Shown: positions 35,601 to 48,800, numbered from the stretch's first letter. The stretch is DNA of 64,000 nt from Phaeosaccion multiseriatum (GCA_965112735.1 OZ218962.1:3267856-3331855); one strand, 5' to 3'. Translations and numbers: made by a program. The notes: generated by a model from the letters alone, not told the origin.

Positions 35601-38600
35601 AGGAGACACAAGCCCCAGCAGCTTTGATCACAGAGGTGCCTATCGCTTTGGAGACGGAAGCACCGGCGACTGAGGAGACGGACGCGCCTGTTGCAGAGGA
35701 AACGGAAGCACCAGTAGTTTTGATGACAGAGGCGCCTGTAGGTGTGGAGACAGAAGCGCCCATGTCAGAGGTGACGCCTACGCCTGTGGTGGAGACTGAA
35801 GCGCTTACGGAGGTACGTGTCGACGATGCTTGGCATAGGCTGGTGGTATCAGCTGGGAGGGTTTGGTCTAAGAATGGGTTCTGCATCCACTCCTGCTCCG
35901 GCTCTGTCAAATCTAATCCCCCTTTGTTCTGCTCTGCTTATCCTCTGCTCTGTCGTTCCTCTCTCTTGGCCCAGGCACCGACCGCAGCTCCAACAGCACC
36001 TCCAACAGCCGCTCCAACAGCATTTCCAACAGCAGTACCAACAGCAGCTCCTTTTGCTGCCCCCCCTTCCGACTCCAGAGATGCAGAGTTTACGCCAGCA
36101 CCGTCTGAGGTGGCATGCACGGAGGAGACGAGGTCGATTACGACTGTGAGAGGTGAGTCGACACTCGCTCGCTCACTTGATACGCAATGGCGCGGGCCTG
36201 TTTTTTGCCTCTCTTGCGAGTGTGCGCTTTTCCCAAAGTTGACCTCGCTGCCCCCCCACTCTCCTGACTCTCTGTGCTGCAGGTGACGAGTACGTGTACG
36301 GCTGCTGCGGGCGGGTGGTGGACGCCGACAGCGGAGAGGTGTTGCCTGTGCAGGGCAGCACAGACCTGCTCCTGCGGCGGGTGGAGTACGCAGATACCTC
36401 CCGCTCGGACTACACCGTCTTGTCTGAGTACGATGCGGCCCGAGCAGGGGTGAGCGGTTGTGCGGTGGACATGGAGATTGACGAGGCTGGAAACTTTCTG
36501 GTGCTCGCTGTCTCTCAGCCGATATCCGCGGCAGAGGCGCGCCGCAGTCTTCAGGAGCAGGGCGGGGAGGAACGAGAGACGACCCTTCTGTATGTGGACC
36601 CGTCCTTCCGGAGCGTCTGTGGGTTGCAGAATCTCGGGGTCAGCAAGGACGTGGGGGAGGAAGTGAGCGTCGTTACCCAGACAGACAGCGCGTTTGTCGT
36701 CAACGTAAAGTACTCTGGAGCGAGGGACAGGCAGATTGACATGTTGAGCGCAGACGCGTGCCCGGACCTGGGGCCTGCGCAGCAGGACATCAGGGCCGAG
36801 GTTTCCGCGGAGAAGCTGTACCTGTCTGGAAAGACTGCAGGCATCTTCCTCACCTGCGTGGCCGCCGTGGCGCTTACGCTGGTCGCCTTGGTGTCTGTGC
36901 TCGGAGTGTCGGACCCCTGGAGCATGAAGGACGTAGGGCCTCGGCCCTCTTCTCGCTCACCGTCCGCCGGAGGCGCCAAGGTGATGGTACAGCACTTGCA
37001 GACCCTCGCTCTCCTGGCCTTTGTGGTGCCCGCGGAGAGACGCTTCTCCGACTTTGCAGAGGCTTTGTCATGGACGAACCTCTGGTGGACGGCGGAGAGC
37101 TTGATGGCGGGGGACAGAGACTCGACCTGCAGCAGCGACTCGGCAGTGAGCGGCCTCCTCGGCAACTTGGTTCTATCGCTGCTGCTCATCCTCGGCGCGG
37201 TGCTGCTCACCACCTTCCTGGGCAGCTACGTGGAGGCGAGGTGGCGTGCTCGCGAGAGAGCGAAGATGGAGTGGCAAGTGGCGGAGAGGGTGGGCATCAC
37301 GCGAGCAGCTGACATTCGCAGTCATCTCCTAAGAAGAGGCACTGCAGCTGAAAGGGTCAGACGCACGCCGGATTTTCTGTCAAACACTTCGTCTGCTGAA
37401 GGGGTGGTGTTTCGAGAGGAGCTCAGAACCGAGGATGCGTGGGAGAAGATTCAATGGAGACACGACAGGAGGATGCGGGGCCTGCCCGCCAACGTGCCCA
37501 GCCATTATCGCATCAACAGCGTCATTTCCCAGCCTAGGATTGAAGGCTTGGATCCGGGGAAGCGGCAAGAACGGCTCGAGCTGGAGGGGGGTATGGGAAG
37601 CATGTACCAGAGTGAGCAGATCTTTGATGGGGAGGAGAGTGATGAGGAGGAGAGCGATGGGGAGGAGAGCAGCACTACCGACACAGACGTGTCTGTGTTC
37701 GATGCAGGAGCATCCCCCCAGGGGAGTGGCACGGATACGATTCTGTTCTTTTCACGGACAGCCTCTGTCCCCGAGGAGCTGAAGCCCCCCGCGTTCTGGA
37801 GCTACTACCCCCATGTGCTGCTCGTGGCGGCCATGTTCGTGCTAGAGGGGGCGTCGCTGGCGGAGCTGAGGGCGCTGAGCTCGGACTGCGCCTGGGGAGC
37901 GGCGCTGGGCGGCGTGTTCCTCGTCCTACTGCCCCTGCTCATCTTGGGCTACTGCGGCGGGCTGTTGGTGAAGCTGCTCAGGCAGAGGATGGACTCGGCG
38001 CACCAGCTCATCTTCGTGCGCTTCGAGGCAGAGCCCGACGACACTCGCGGGGTGTGGGCCAAGGTGCGGGACTCGTTTTGGGGTACCGTGAACGATGACC
38101 AGCGCTTCCTGGCCTGCTTCGACACAGGTGAGTACGTGTGTGTGTGTGTGTGTGTTGTCTGAGCGTGTGAGGGAGAGAGAGGGGTATGGAGAGAGCTTTC
38201 ATGCCCGTGTGTGTGCTTGTGTGCGTGTGAGAGCGTGTATGTACGAGGGTACCCGTCGACGCGGAAAGATGGCAATGAGGCTCAAGAGGAATGCGCTAAC
38301 CGGCCCCGCTCGCGCTCCCTCCTCCCTTCCCGTCCCTTCCCTCCAGGCGCGTGGATGACGGTATTCTGTCACGAACCGGGCCTGTTCATAGCCGCCTCCC
38401 ACCAACCGTCGTCGGAGCAGGCCCGGCAGGCCAGGAAGCGCGTGGCGGAGGCGGAGATCCTGCGCATCGGCAACGAGCCTGTGTACGCGGACTTTACGGA
38501 CACGGGGCTGCACTACGCGCTGTTCGTGCTGCTGGAGGTGGTGGCCTTGGCCGCGGTCGCCGCCTTTGGTTCAGACAACCCCCCCACGGTGCAGCTGGGC

Positions 38601-41600
38601 GTCTTTCTGGCGTTCATGGCCGCGAGCCTGGTGATGGTGGTGGGCCTCAAGCCCTACTGCAACACGGAGCTGAACTTGATGGCGGCCGTGGGCGCGGCGG
38701 TGAATGTGGTGACGATTACGCTGCTGCTGGGTTTGCAAGTCAGCTCACACGCGGGAAGCGAGTTCGAGAGGAGGGCCACAAATGCCATCTACGTCATGCA
38801 GGTGGGTGGGAGAGTGTTGCTTGCCCTGAGTCGCCCCTCTCTCTGCCTAGACTAGCTCCTCCCTCCCTCCCTCCCTCCCTCCCTCCCTCCCTCCCTCCCT
38901 CCCTCCCTCCCTCTCTCCCTCCCTCCCTCCCTCCCTCCCTCCCTCCCTCCCTCCCTCCCTCCCTCCCTCCCTCCCTCCCTCCCTCCCTCCCTCCCTCCCT
39001 CCCTCCCTCCCTCCCTCCCTCCCTCCCTCCCTCCCTCCCTCCCTCCCTCCCTCCCTCCCTCCCTCCCTCCCTCCCTCCCTCCCTCCCTCCCTCCCTCCCT
39101 CCCTCCCTCCCTCCCTCCCTCCCTCCCTCCCTCTCTCCCTCCCTCCAAGTGCCCACCCCGCCTGACCCTCTTTGGCCCCCTCTGTCCACTGTCCGTGTGT
39201 CCTCTCTGGGCGTTTGTGCGCTGCATGCTGCAGGTTATCTATGTACTGGCGTTGTCGCTGCCGCTGTACATGGATGCCGTGCTGGGTCTGTGGCAAGCCG
39301 CCTGGGCTGGGTGGAGGGCTGAGGCGGGCACGGAAGGAGCGACACTCTACGAGCAAGACAAGAGCAGGCCCGAGGATGCCGTCTCGGCTTCCACTCGGCT
39401 CCAGCGCCAGCGGGAGAGGAGGCAGTTCCTGCGGCAGCGCACCAGTGATAACTGGAGGCCTGCCTACACCAACATGCTGAGAAGGAACTTTCGCCATCTG
39501 TGGTACTGCCTGCGCCTCCCCCTCAAGAACCCCCGCCTTGCGCCTCGGGCAGCAGCAGGGAGTGCAGCAGCAGGGAGTGCGAGTGTGAGTCGCAGTGGCA
39601 GCTCAGCGGAACTGGGTCAGCGTTTGCCGAGAGCAGCCAGTAGGGGTGATATTGGGTGTGACGGCCCAACGGAGGCAAGACCACCACTACACTCGTTGGG
39701 CAGCTTGGGCAGTATCGCATCCCGCGCCATGCAGATGTATCCGTCACGCCGTGCTCGCATACCTCAGGCTGAGGGAGGCGGCTTCCCGTCTGCAGTCAGT
39801 AACAGAGCCCCCCCAGCGGAGGGAAGGGTGCAGGCGGAGGCGGAGGAGAAGGTAGCAGGGGACAGAGCAGGGGAAAGAGTAAAGTCATGGAGGAGCAGCT
39901 CACCCAGCAGTTTGGCCGCCCGCGCGATGCAGTTCTATCCGTCGCATCGTGCTCGCATGCCTGAGCCTGAGCACGAGGGAGGCGTCTTCTCGCCAGCAGC
40001 CAGTGACAGCGGCACTGACACCCCAGGGGAGGGCGAGGGTGAGGTGAAGGCGGAGGTGGAGAGATCACGGGGCAGTCCAGGTGAGTTGCGGCCATCCAGG
40101 AGCATCTCAGCGGGCAGTCTCGTCTCCCTCGCCATGCAGCTCTATCCGGTGAGGCGTGCTCGCATGTCTGAGCCTGAGCACGAGGGAGGCGTCTTCTCGC
40201 CAGCAGCCAGTGACAGCGGCACTGATGACAGTGGCTTTGGTACCCCAGCGAAGGATGAAACGCAGGCGGAGGAGAAGACGCAGAGATCAGGGGGCAGTCC
40301 CGGCGAGCGGCGGCCATCGAGGAGCAGCTCCTCGAACAGTCTCGTCTCCCGGGCTCTGGAGATGTATCCGTCGCGTCGTGCTCGCATGCCTCAGCCTGAG
40401 CACGAGGGAGGCGTCTTCTCGCCAGCAGCCAGTGACAGCGGCACTGATGACAGTGGCTTTGGTACCCCAACGAAGAGTGAGGCGGAGGCGGAGGTGAAGA
40501 CGCAGAGATCAGGGGGCAGTCCCGGCGAGCGGCGGCCATCGAGGAGGATCTCAGCGGGCAGTCTCGCCTCCCTCGCCATGCAGCTCTATCCGGTGAGGCG
40601 TGCTCGCATGTCTGAGCCTGAGCACGAGGGAGGCGTCTTCTCACCAGCAGCCAGTGACAGCGGCACTGATGACAGTGGCTTTGGTACCCCAGCGAAGGAT
40701 GAAACGCAGGCGGAGGAGAAGACGCAGAGATCAGGGGGCAGCCCCGGCGAGCGGCGGCCATCCAGGAGCAGCTCCTCGAACAGTCTCGTCTCCCGGGCTA
40801 TGGAGATGTATCCGTCGCATCGGGCTCGCATGCCTCAGCCTGAGCACGAGGGAGGCGTCTTCTCGCCAGCAGCCAGTGACAGCAGCACTGATGACAGTGG
40901 CTTTGGTACCCCAGCGAAGGATGAAACGCAGGCGGAGGAGAAGGCGCAGAGATCAGGGGGCAGCCCCGGCGAGCGGCGGCCATCCAGGAGCAGCTCCTCG
41001 AACAGTCTCGTCTCCCGGGCTCTGGAGATGTATCCGTCGCGTCGGGGTCGCATGCCTGAGCCTGAGCACGAGGGAGGCGTCTTCTCGCCAGCAGCCAGTG
41101 ACAGCGGCACTGATGACAGTGGCTTTGGTACCCCAGCGAAGGGTGAGGCGGAGGCGGAGGAGAAGGCGCAGAGATCAGGGGGCAGTCCCGGCGAGCGGCG
41201 GCCATCGAGGAGGATCTCAGCGGGCAGTCTCGCCTCCCGGGCTATGGAGATGTATCCGTCGCGTCGTGCTCGCATGTCTGAGCCTGAGCACGAGGGAGGC
41301 GTCTTCTCGCCAGCAGCCAGTGACAGCGGCACTGATGACAGTGGCTTTGGTACCCCAGCGAAGGATGAAACGCAGGCGGAGGAGAAGGCGCAGAGATCAG
41401 GGGGCAGTCCCGGCGAGCAGCGGCCATCCAGGAGCAGCTCCTCGAACAGTCTCGTCTCCCGGGCTATGGAGATGTATCCGTCGCGTCGGGCTCGCATGCC
41501 TCAGCCTGAGCACGAGGGAGGCGTCTTCTCGCCAGCAGCCAGTGACAGCGGCACTGATGACAGTGGCTTTGGTACCCCAACGAAGAGTGAGGCGGAGGGG

Positions 41601-41786
41601 GAGGAGAAGGCGCAGAGATCAGGGGGCAGTCCCGGCGAGCGGCGGCCATCCAGGAGCAGCTCCTCGAACAGTCTCGTCTCCCGGGCTCTGGAGATGTATC
41701 CGTCGCGTCGTGCTCGCATGCCTCAGCCTGAGCACGAGGGAGGCGTCTTCTCACCAGCAGCCAGTGATAGGGGCAGCGAAGGGTGA
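25890..41786 (+). CDS. Giant (~4,600 aa) surface membrane protein A: signal peptide, 2 cystine-knot-like modules, 2 proprotein-convertase P-domains, ~2,500-aa Pro/Thr/Glu mucin stalk, TRP/Pkd2-FLC-like multi-TM domain, 74-aa C-terminal repeats
   Basis: Exons approx 25890-26000 (MRGPFPPSLAALPYLVLLLGAATRAAA), 26117-26176, 26361-26504, 26651-26806, 27012-27053, 27247-32811, 32990-35812, 35975-36152, 36283-38127, 38347-38801, 39234-41786; all GT-AG with consistent phases. TM motifs 'VQHLQTLALL..FSDFAEALSWTNL' and 'PVYADF..HYALF..VQLGVF..LKPYCNTELN'. Confidence 0.8.
27265..28170 (+). other. Two tandem proprotein-convertase P-domain-like modules (no subtilisin domain)
   Basis: 'VTDVNVGVTLTHEYVRDLEISITSPGGTVVEL..GGSGDD..FDDEA..APFTG.WIPEEALSAFDGESGDGVWTL.I.D..DDG.L' occurs twice, with high nucleotide identity. 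Confidence 0.85.
28180..32811 (+). repeat. Coding tandem array, 69-bp unit (TEAPVAETEPPTVAPTVAPTPPP) with 57-bp variants and 93-bp units at the 5' end
   Basis: About 4.6 kb, highly homogeneous; every length variant is a multiple of 3. Confidence 0.95.
33510..35510 (+). repeat. Coding mosaic array of 21/24-bp subunits (VAVETEAP, VAEVTETP, VAVETPAP)
   Basis: Shuffled subunits bracketed by a ~260-bp direct duplication (33255-33515 / 35513-35770). Confidence 0.9.
38856..39147. repeat. (CCCT)n intronic microsatellite
   Basis: Visible; paralogous copy at 48766-49121. Confidence 0.92.
39925..41770 (+). repeat. Coding 222-bp (74-aa) tandem repeat, ~8 copies, in the C-terminal tail
   Basis: 'MYPSRRARMPQPEHEGGVFSPAASDSGTDDSGFGTP..RSGGSPGERRPSRSSSSNSL' recurs every 222 bp. 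Confidence 0.92.
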
Positions 41787-42878
41787 GTTCGAGGCGGAAG
41801 GGGAGATGAGATGACACACCGGACACATCGGGCAGTCGGGCAGTCTCGCCTCATGGGCCATGCACTTGTAGCCCATGCGCCGCGCTCGCATACCCCAGGG
41901 GTTCGAGGCGGGGCTCGGCGAGGCAAAGGGGGACCCGCACACGTAAGGCTGGGGCGAGAGTAAAGGGAGGGCAGGGCAAGGCCAGCACCCTCCCTGCAGC
42001 ATGGCCATGGCCAGGCCAAGACGAGGCTTACTTACGGAGCCTGCGCCGAGCCGTCACTTCCACGCCTTGTGCCCTCGCTGTAGTGGGGTGTGGCGGGGAA
42101 GGGAGGCGGAAGGGCGTTAGGAGGCTCGGCGACGGGTCTCGCTGCTTGTAGATATAGTGATAGAGCCAGTGATAGAGCCAGTGGTAGAGTGGGCCGCCCC
42201 TTGCCTTAAGGCCTTGGCCTTGGCCTGTGGAGTCGACTCGCTTGACACTGGGCGGCATAAGGCGCTGCTCAGCAGTGGGGCCTGCAGCAGAGGGGTCTCC
42301 AGCAGTGAGTGGGCTGGGGCTCGTGCTCTCAGGCGAGGTCGGTGACGACCGAGCAGTGCGCAGCGTCCTTTTTGGGACGACAGTTATTTACACGTTTATA
42401 CAGTAAGGAGGGAGAGTATTAGCAGGTCCTTGGAGCTGCAGCTCTCTATTGTAAATTATAATGCGATAGAGATTGTTACTGAGAAAACTCGATGTTTTCA
42501 TGCTTTTTGTGATCTTTGGGTCAAATATTACTATTAGGTCGCTCCGACGGCGGATCCAGGAGCTTTCGCGTTATTTTGTTTCCAGAGCTTCTCAATCAAA
42601 GAGAAGCTCGCAGCAAGAGGCAATACTACCCTACAGCAGCCAAGTGCTGTGGGAGCCGAGCGAAACGAGCCAGCTTGCTCCTCAGCTCTCTTTCGCTGAG
42701 TCAATTTCGTTCCCCTTTCCTACCACAAGCGTTACACTGCCTGCCTGTCCAGCAGGATAGCAAAGAAGGTGAGCAGCTCAGATCTAGTACCAAAGCGCAC
42801 AGCGACTTGAGTGGCTGCTCTTCCACTCGGTACTGGACGGCTGCTGGACTGGGGACTGCAGCGCCCCAGCAGAGCATC

Positions 42879-45800
42879 ATGGGGAGGCCTGTCGTGTTTG
42901 CTGGTGCTGCTGGGTCTCGTCGGGTGTGCCTTGCCCTTGGTCTGATGCTGGTGGTAGGAGTGGGGGCCAATGCATCAAACGCCCTGGACTATGAGCAGGT
43001 ATGTCCTACGCCGAGCACGCTTTGAGCAAAGAAGTGTGGACGGGGTGAGCACTGGCTTAAGTTGTGGACGCACGGCCCGGGCGCCGGCCGCCAAAGTTAC
43101 TAGTGACTAGTGCCGGCAGGCAGCAGGGAGCGACTCACAGCCAAGTTCAAGACTCACTCACTCACTCACTCACTCACTCACTCACTCACTCACTCACTCA
43201 CTCACTCACTCACTCACTCACTCACTCACTCACTCACTCACTCACTCACTCACTCACTCACTCACTCACTCACTCACTCACTCACTCACTCACTCACTCA
43301 CTCACTCACTCACTCACTCATTTTTCGCTTTTGGTGTGTCACGTGTGTGTTGCAGTATGCCCACACCCTTGCTGGTGGAGGCAGAGCTCTCCAGCGGTGC
43401 TTGCCCGACAACTACAGGTGCGGGGACTCGTCAAGAGACTCCTCCTCGGACTCGTCGTCGGACTCGTCGGACTCAAGAGACAGGTACCCCGAGTGCTGCG
43501 GAGAGTGCGTCAACAACATCTGCACGGTAAGCACCCCTCTACTACCTTCTATGCCCACTGCCCCTCGGCACGCTCCCTCCCTCCCTCTCTCCCTCCCTCC
43601 CTCCCTCCCTCCCTCCCTCCCTCCCTCCCTCCCCCCCTCCCTCCCTCCCTCCCTCCCTCCCTCCCTCCCTTCTTCTGCTCTCTCAGTAGTGTACGTAAAC
43701 CACGCAGCCAGGGCGTCAGCCAGCTTATTCTGCCCACCTCCCTCTATCTTGCTGTACAGTCCTTAGCCCCCTCGGATTGCAAGTACGATGAGTGCCAACA
43801 AGACAATGACTGCCTCTGCGCGGAATACCCGCGGTGCGAGCGATTCCCATCCACCAGCGGAGGAGGGAGCAGGAGAAGGCGGCGCTCGCGCAGCCTGGCG
43901 CACGGATACTGTGCGGTACGTGCAATATCGAGCCGGAGCACTGCCTTGTTGGTTTCAGTCGCACTACCCCCCCCCCCTATTACCAGCCCAGCCCGGTGTG
44001 CCGCCTGCACCTCACAATGCCCTACTACTGTCCTCTGTGTTGCTGCTGCTGCTCCTGCTGCTACTACTACTACTACTACTACTACTACTAATGCTGCTGC
44101 TGCTGTGTCCCAAACTGCTACTGCGTCGGTCGCCTCTGTCCCCAGCGGCGCCTGAACGACTGCGGCCTTGTAGAAGACGTGTGCGGCGGCCCGGCTAGCC
44201 CCTCCTGCTGCCATGGCCTGGCCTGCACCCCGGGGCCCGCTGGGGGCACGTGTATGGCGGTCGAGCCTACAGCAGCGCCGACAGCAACCCACACTCGTCC
44301 GCCAACCTCAGCTCAGGCCCTGTCTCCAACAGCGAGACCCACTCACCCGCCAGCAGCAGCTCCTATCCTGCCTCCGGCAGCAGTTCCCATATCAGCTGTG
44401 GAGACGGAACCGCCGGCGACTGTGGTGACGGGAGAACCTGCAGCGAGGGAGACTGAAGCACCGGTACCTGATTTGACGGAAGGGCCGGTGGCTGTAGAGA
44501 CGGGAGCGTCGGTAGTCGTCGTGACGGAAGCTCCCATAGCAGTAGCTATGGAGACGGGAGCACCAGCAGCGAGAGAAACTGAAGTGCCGGTAGCTGAAGA
44601 GACAGAAGCACCTATAGCTGTCTTGACGGAAGGGTCGGTAGGTCAGGAGACGGGAGCACCTGCAGCTGTGGAGACGGAGGCACCAGCAGCGGTAGAGGTG
44701 GAAGCATCTCCAGCAAACGAGACCAAAGCTCCCGCACCTGTCGTGACGGAAGGACCGGTAGCTTTGGAGGCGGAAGCTGTGGTGACGGGAGCGCCGGTGG
44801 CTGTGCAGACGGAACCTCCAGCATCTCCTGAGGAGACCGAGCCTCCGGCAGCTGTAGTCGTGACGGAAGCGCCTGCAGCGAGAGAGACCGAAGCACCAGT
44901 ACCTGACTTGACGGAAGGGCCGGTGGCTGTAGAGACGGAAGCGTCGGTAGTTGTCGTGACGGAAGCTCCCATAGCAGTAGCTGTGGAGACGGAAGCACCA
45001 GCAGCGAGAGAAACTGAAGTGCCGGCAGCTGTCGTAACCGAAGGGCCGGTAGCTGAGGAGACAGAAGCACCTGTAGTTGCCGTGACGGAAGCGCCGGAGG
45101 TTTTGGAGGTGGACGCACCTGCAGCGGGAGAGACCGGAGCACCAGTAGCTTTGATGACAGAGATGCCTGCAGCTGAGGAGACCGAAGCGCCGGTAGCTGT
45201 TGAGACTGAAGCGCTTACGGAGGTACGTGTCGACGATGCTTGGCATGGGCTGGTGGTCTCAGCTGGGAGGGTTTTGTCTGTGAATTGGTTCTGCATCCAC
45301 TCCTGCTCCGGCTTTGTCAAAACTAGTCCATCCTGATTCCCCTTTTGTTATGCTCTGGGGCCAGGCACCGACCGCGGCTCCAACAACAGCTCCGACCGCT
45401 GCTCCAACAGCAGCTCCAACAGCAGCTCCAACAGCCACAGTCACAACAGCCGCTCCACCAGCGAATGATGAAACGTCTGCGCCTACGGAGGTTGGTGACG
45501 ATGAGTTTCCCCTGGCGCTGTTCGTCCCCCCCGCCCCACTTGAATTGCTTCATGCGATGACTTGTGCTGCTTCTTGTCCTCCGCCTCTCTCACTCCACTC
45601 CGCTTCCCCGTCTTGTCATCCTCATCCTGTTCATCTGTTTCTCTCCTCCTCTTTCTCTCTATATTCTTTATTCTCCTCTCCCTTCGCCAGGCGCCAACCG
45701 TTGCACCCACGCTAGCCCCGACAGAGCATCCACCAACGGGAGCTCCAACAGCAGCACCGACGGCAGCTTTAACAGCATTTCCGACGGCATCTCCGACAGC

Positions 45801-48800
45801 AGTACCAACAGCGGTCCCAACAGTAGCGCCAACAGCCGACTCCAGAGATGCAGAGTATACGCCAGCACCGTCTGAGGTGGCATGCACGGAGGAGACGAGG
45901 TCGATTACGACTGTGAGAGGTGAGTCGACACTCGCTCGCTCACTTGATACGCAATGCCGCCGGCCTGTTTTTTGCCTCTCTTGCGGGTGTGCGCTTTTCC
46001 CAAAGTTGACCTCGCCGCACCCCTCACCCTCCTGACTCTCCGTGCTGCAGGTGACGAGTACGTGTACGGCTGCTGCGGGCGGGTGGTGGACGCCGACAGC
46101 GGAGAGGTGTTGCCTGTGCAGGGCAGCACAGACCTGCTCCTGCGGCGGGTGGAGTACGCAGATACCTCCCGCTCGGACTACACCGTCTTGTCTGAGTACG
46201 ATGCGGCCCGAGCAGGGGTGAGCGGTTGTGCGGTGGACATGGAGATTGACGAGGCTGGAAACTTTCTGGTGCTCGCTGTCTCTCAGCCGATATCCGCGGC
46301 AGAGGCGCGCCGCAGTCTTCAGGAGCAGGGCGGGGAGGAACGAGAGACGACCCTTCTGTATGTGGACCCGTCCTTCCGGAGCGTCTGTGGGTTGCAGAAT
46401 CTCGGGGTCAGCAAGGACGTGGGGGAGGAAGTGAGCGTCGTCACCCAGACAGACAGCGCGTTTGTCGTCAACGTAAAGTACTCTGGAGCGAGGGACAGGC
46501 AGATTGACATGTTGAGCGCAGACGCGTGCCCGGACCTAGGGCCTGCGCAGCAGGACATCAGGGCCGAGGTTTCCGCGGAGAAGCTGTACCTGTCTGGAAA
46601 GACTGCAGGCATCTTCCTCACCTGCGTGGCCGCCGTGGCGCTTACGCTGGTCGCCTTGGTGTCTGTGCTCGGAGTGTCGGACCCCTGGAGCATGAAGGTC
46701 GTAGGACCTCAGCCTTCCTCTCGCTCACCGTCCGCCGGAGGCGCCAAGGTGATGGTACAGCACTTGCAGACCCTCGCTCTCCTGGCCTTTGTGGTGCCCG
46801 CGGAGAGACGCTTCTCCGACTTTGCAGAGGCTTTGTCATGGACGAACCTCTGGTGGACGGCGGAGAGCTTGATGGTGGGGGACAGAGACTCGACCTGCAG
46901 CAGCGACTCGGCAGTGAGCGGCCTCCTCGGCAACTTGGTTCTATCGCTGCTGCTCATCCTCGGCGCGGTGCTGCTCACCACCTTCCTGGGCAGCTACGTA
47001 GAGGCGAGGTGGCGTGCTCGCGAGAGAGCGAAGATGGAGTGGCAAGTGGCGGAGAGGGTGGGCATCACGCGAGCAGCTGACATTCGCAGGCATCTACTGA
47101 CCAACACCACCGGCTTGACAGCGGAGGAGGCAAGCTGCACCTCCAATGTCTTGTCAAGCACTTCGTTTGCTGAAGGGGTGAAGTTTCGAGAGGAGCTCAG
47201 AACCGAGGATGCGTGGGAGAAGATTCAATGGAGACACGACAGGAGGATGCGGGGCTTGCCCGCCAACGTGCCCAGCCATTATCGCGTCAACAGCGTCCTT
47301 GCTCTGGCGCAGGTAGAGAGCTTGAGGTCGGTGACGGACTGGCAAGAGCACCTCGAGATCGAAGGGGGCATGGGAAGCATGTACCAGAGTGAGCAGTTCT
47401 TTGCCGGCAAGGGCAAGGCACCGAGCAGCAGCACCAAAAAAGGGCCTGGCATCGGCTCGGCCGCCACTTCTCCCGAGCCGTGTGAGCCCCCCGCGTTCTG
47501 GAGCTACTACCCCCATGTGCTGCTCGTGGCGGCCATGTTCGTGCTGGAGGGGGCGTCGCTGGCGGAGCTGAGGGCGCTGAGCTCGGACTGCGCCTGGGGA
47601 GCGGCGCTGGGCGGGGTGTTCCTCGTCCTACTGCCCCTGCTCATCTTGGGCTACTGCGGCGGGCTGTTGGTGAAGCTGCTGAGGCAGAGAACGGACTCGG
47701 CGCACCAGCTCATCTTCGTGCGCTTCGAGGCAGAGCCCGACGACACTCGCGGGGTGTGGGCCAAGGTGCGGGACTCGTTGTGGGGTACTGTGAACGACAA
47801 CCAGCGCTTCCTGTCCTGCTTCGACACAGGTGAGCACGTGTGTGTGTGTATGGGAGAGAGCTTCTCTGGCTGTGTATCGATGTAGGGCTTGTACTGAGAG
47901 ACCTTGTTTGTCCGCAAGTGTGTGTGTGTGCCTGAGGGAGATAAAGGGGCGTCGAGAGGCAGAGAGATGGAGTGTGCGTGAGTGAGTGCTGTGAGAGCTT
48001 GATTGTTCGTAGGCACGCGTGTGTGCGTGTGTTTGTGCGAGTGGTATGTGAGAGCGTGTGTGTGCTGACAGACCTTGCTTGTCCATATGTACGTGCGTGT
48101 ATGCGGGTGTGCGCGAGGATGTCAATGTGTTCGCGTGTGCGGTTGTGTGTGCGTGAGAGAGAGGATACCGTGTCCACAGCTTCCTGGTCCCAAGGGGGCA
48201 CGCAGGGCCATTGTTTGATGATGCAAACGTGCCCCGCCCGGGCTCCCTCCTCCCTTACCTTCCCTTCCCTCCAGGCGCGTGGATGACGGTATTCTGTCAC
48301 GAACCGGGCCTGTTCGCAGCCGCCTCGCACCAGCCGTCGTCGGAGCAGGCCCGGCAGGCCAGGAAGCGCGTGGCGGAGGCGGAGATCCTGCGCATCGGCA
48401 ACGAGCCTGTGTACGCGGACTTTACGGACACGGGGTTGCACTACGCGCTGTTCGTGCTGCTGGAGGTGGTGGCCTTGGCCGCGGTCGCCGCCTTTGGTTC
48501 CGACAACCCCACGGTGCAGCTGGGCGTCTTTCTGGCGTTCATGGCCGCGAGCCTGGTGATGGTGGTGGGCCTCAAGCCCTACTGCAACACGGAGCTGAAC
48601 TTGATGGCGGCCGTGGGCGCGGCGGTGAATGTGGTGACGATTACGCTGCTGCTGGGTTTGCAAGTCAGCTCACACGCGGGGAGCGAGTTCGAGAGGAGGG
48701 CCACAAACGCCATCTACGTCACACAGGTGGGTGGGAGAGTGTTGTCTGCCTCTCTGCCTAGACTAGCTCCTCCCTCCCTCCCTCTCTTCCTCCCTCCCTC

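Noticed and set aside
26982-35910. Long antisense ORFs (1941, 1565, 992, 700 aa)
   Set aside because: Shadows of the + strand Pro/Thr coding repeats.
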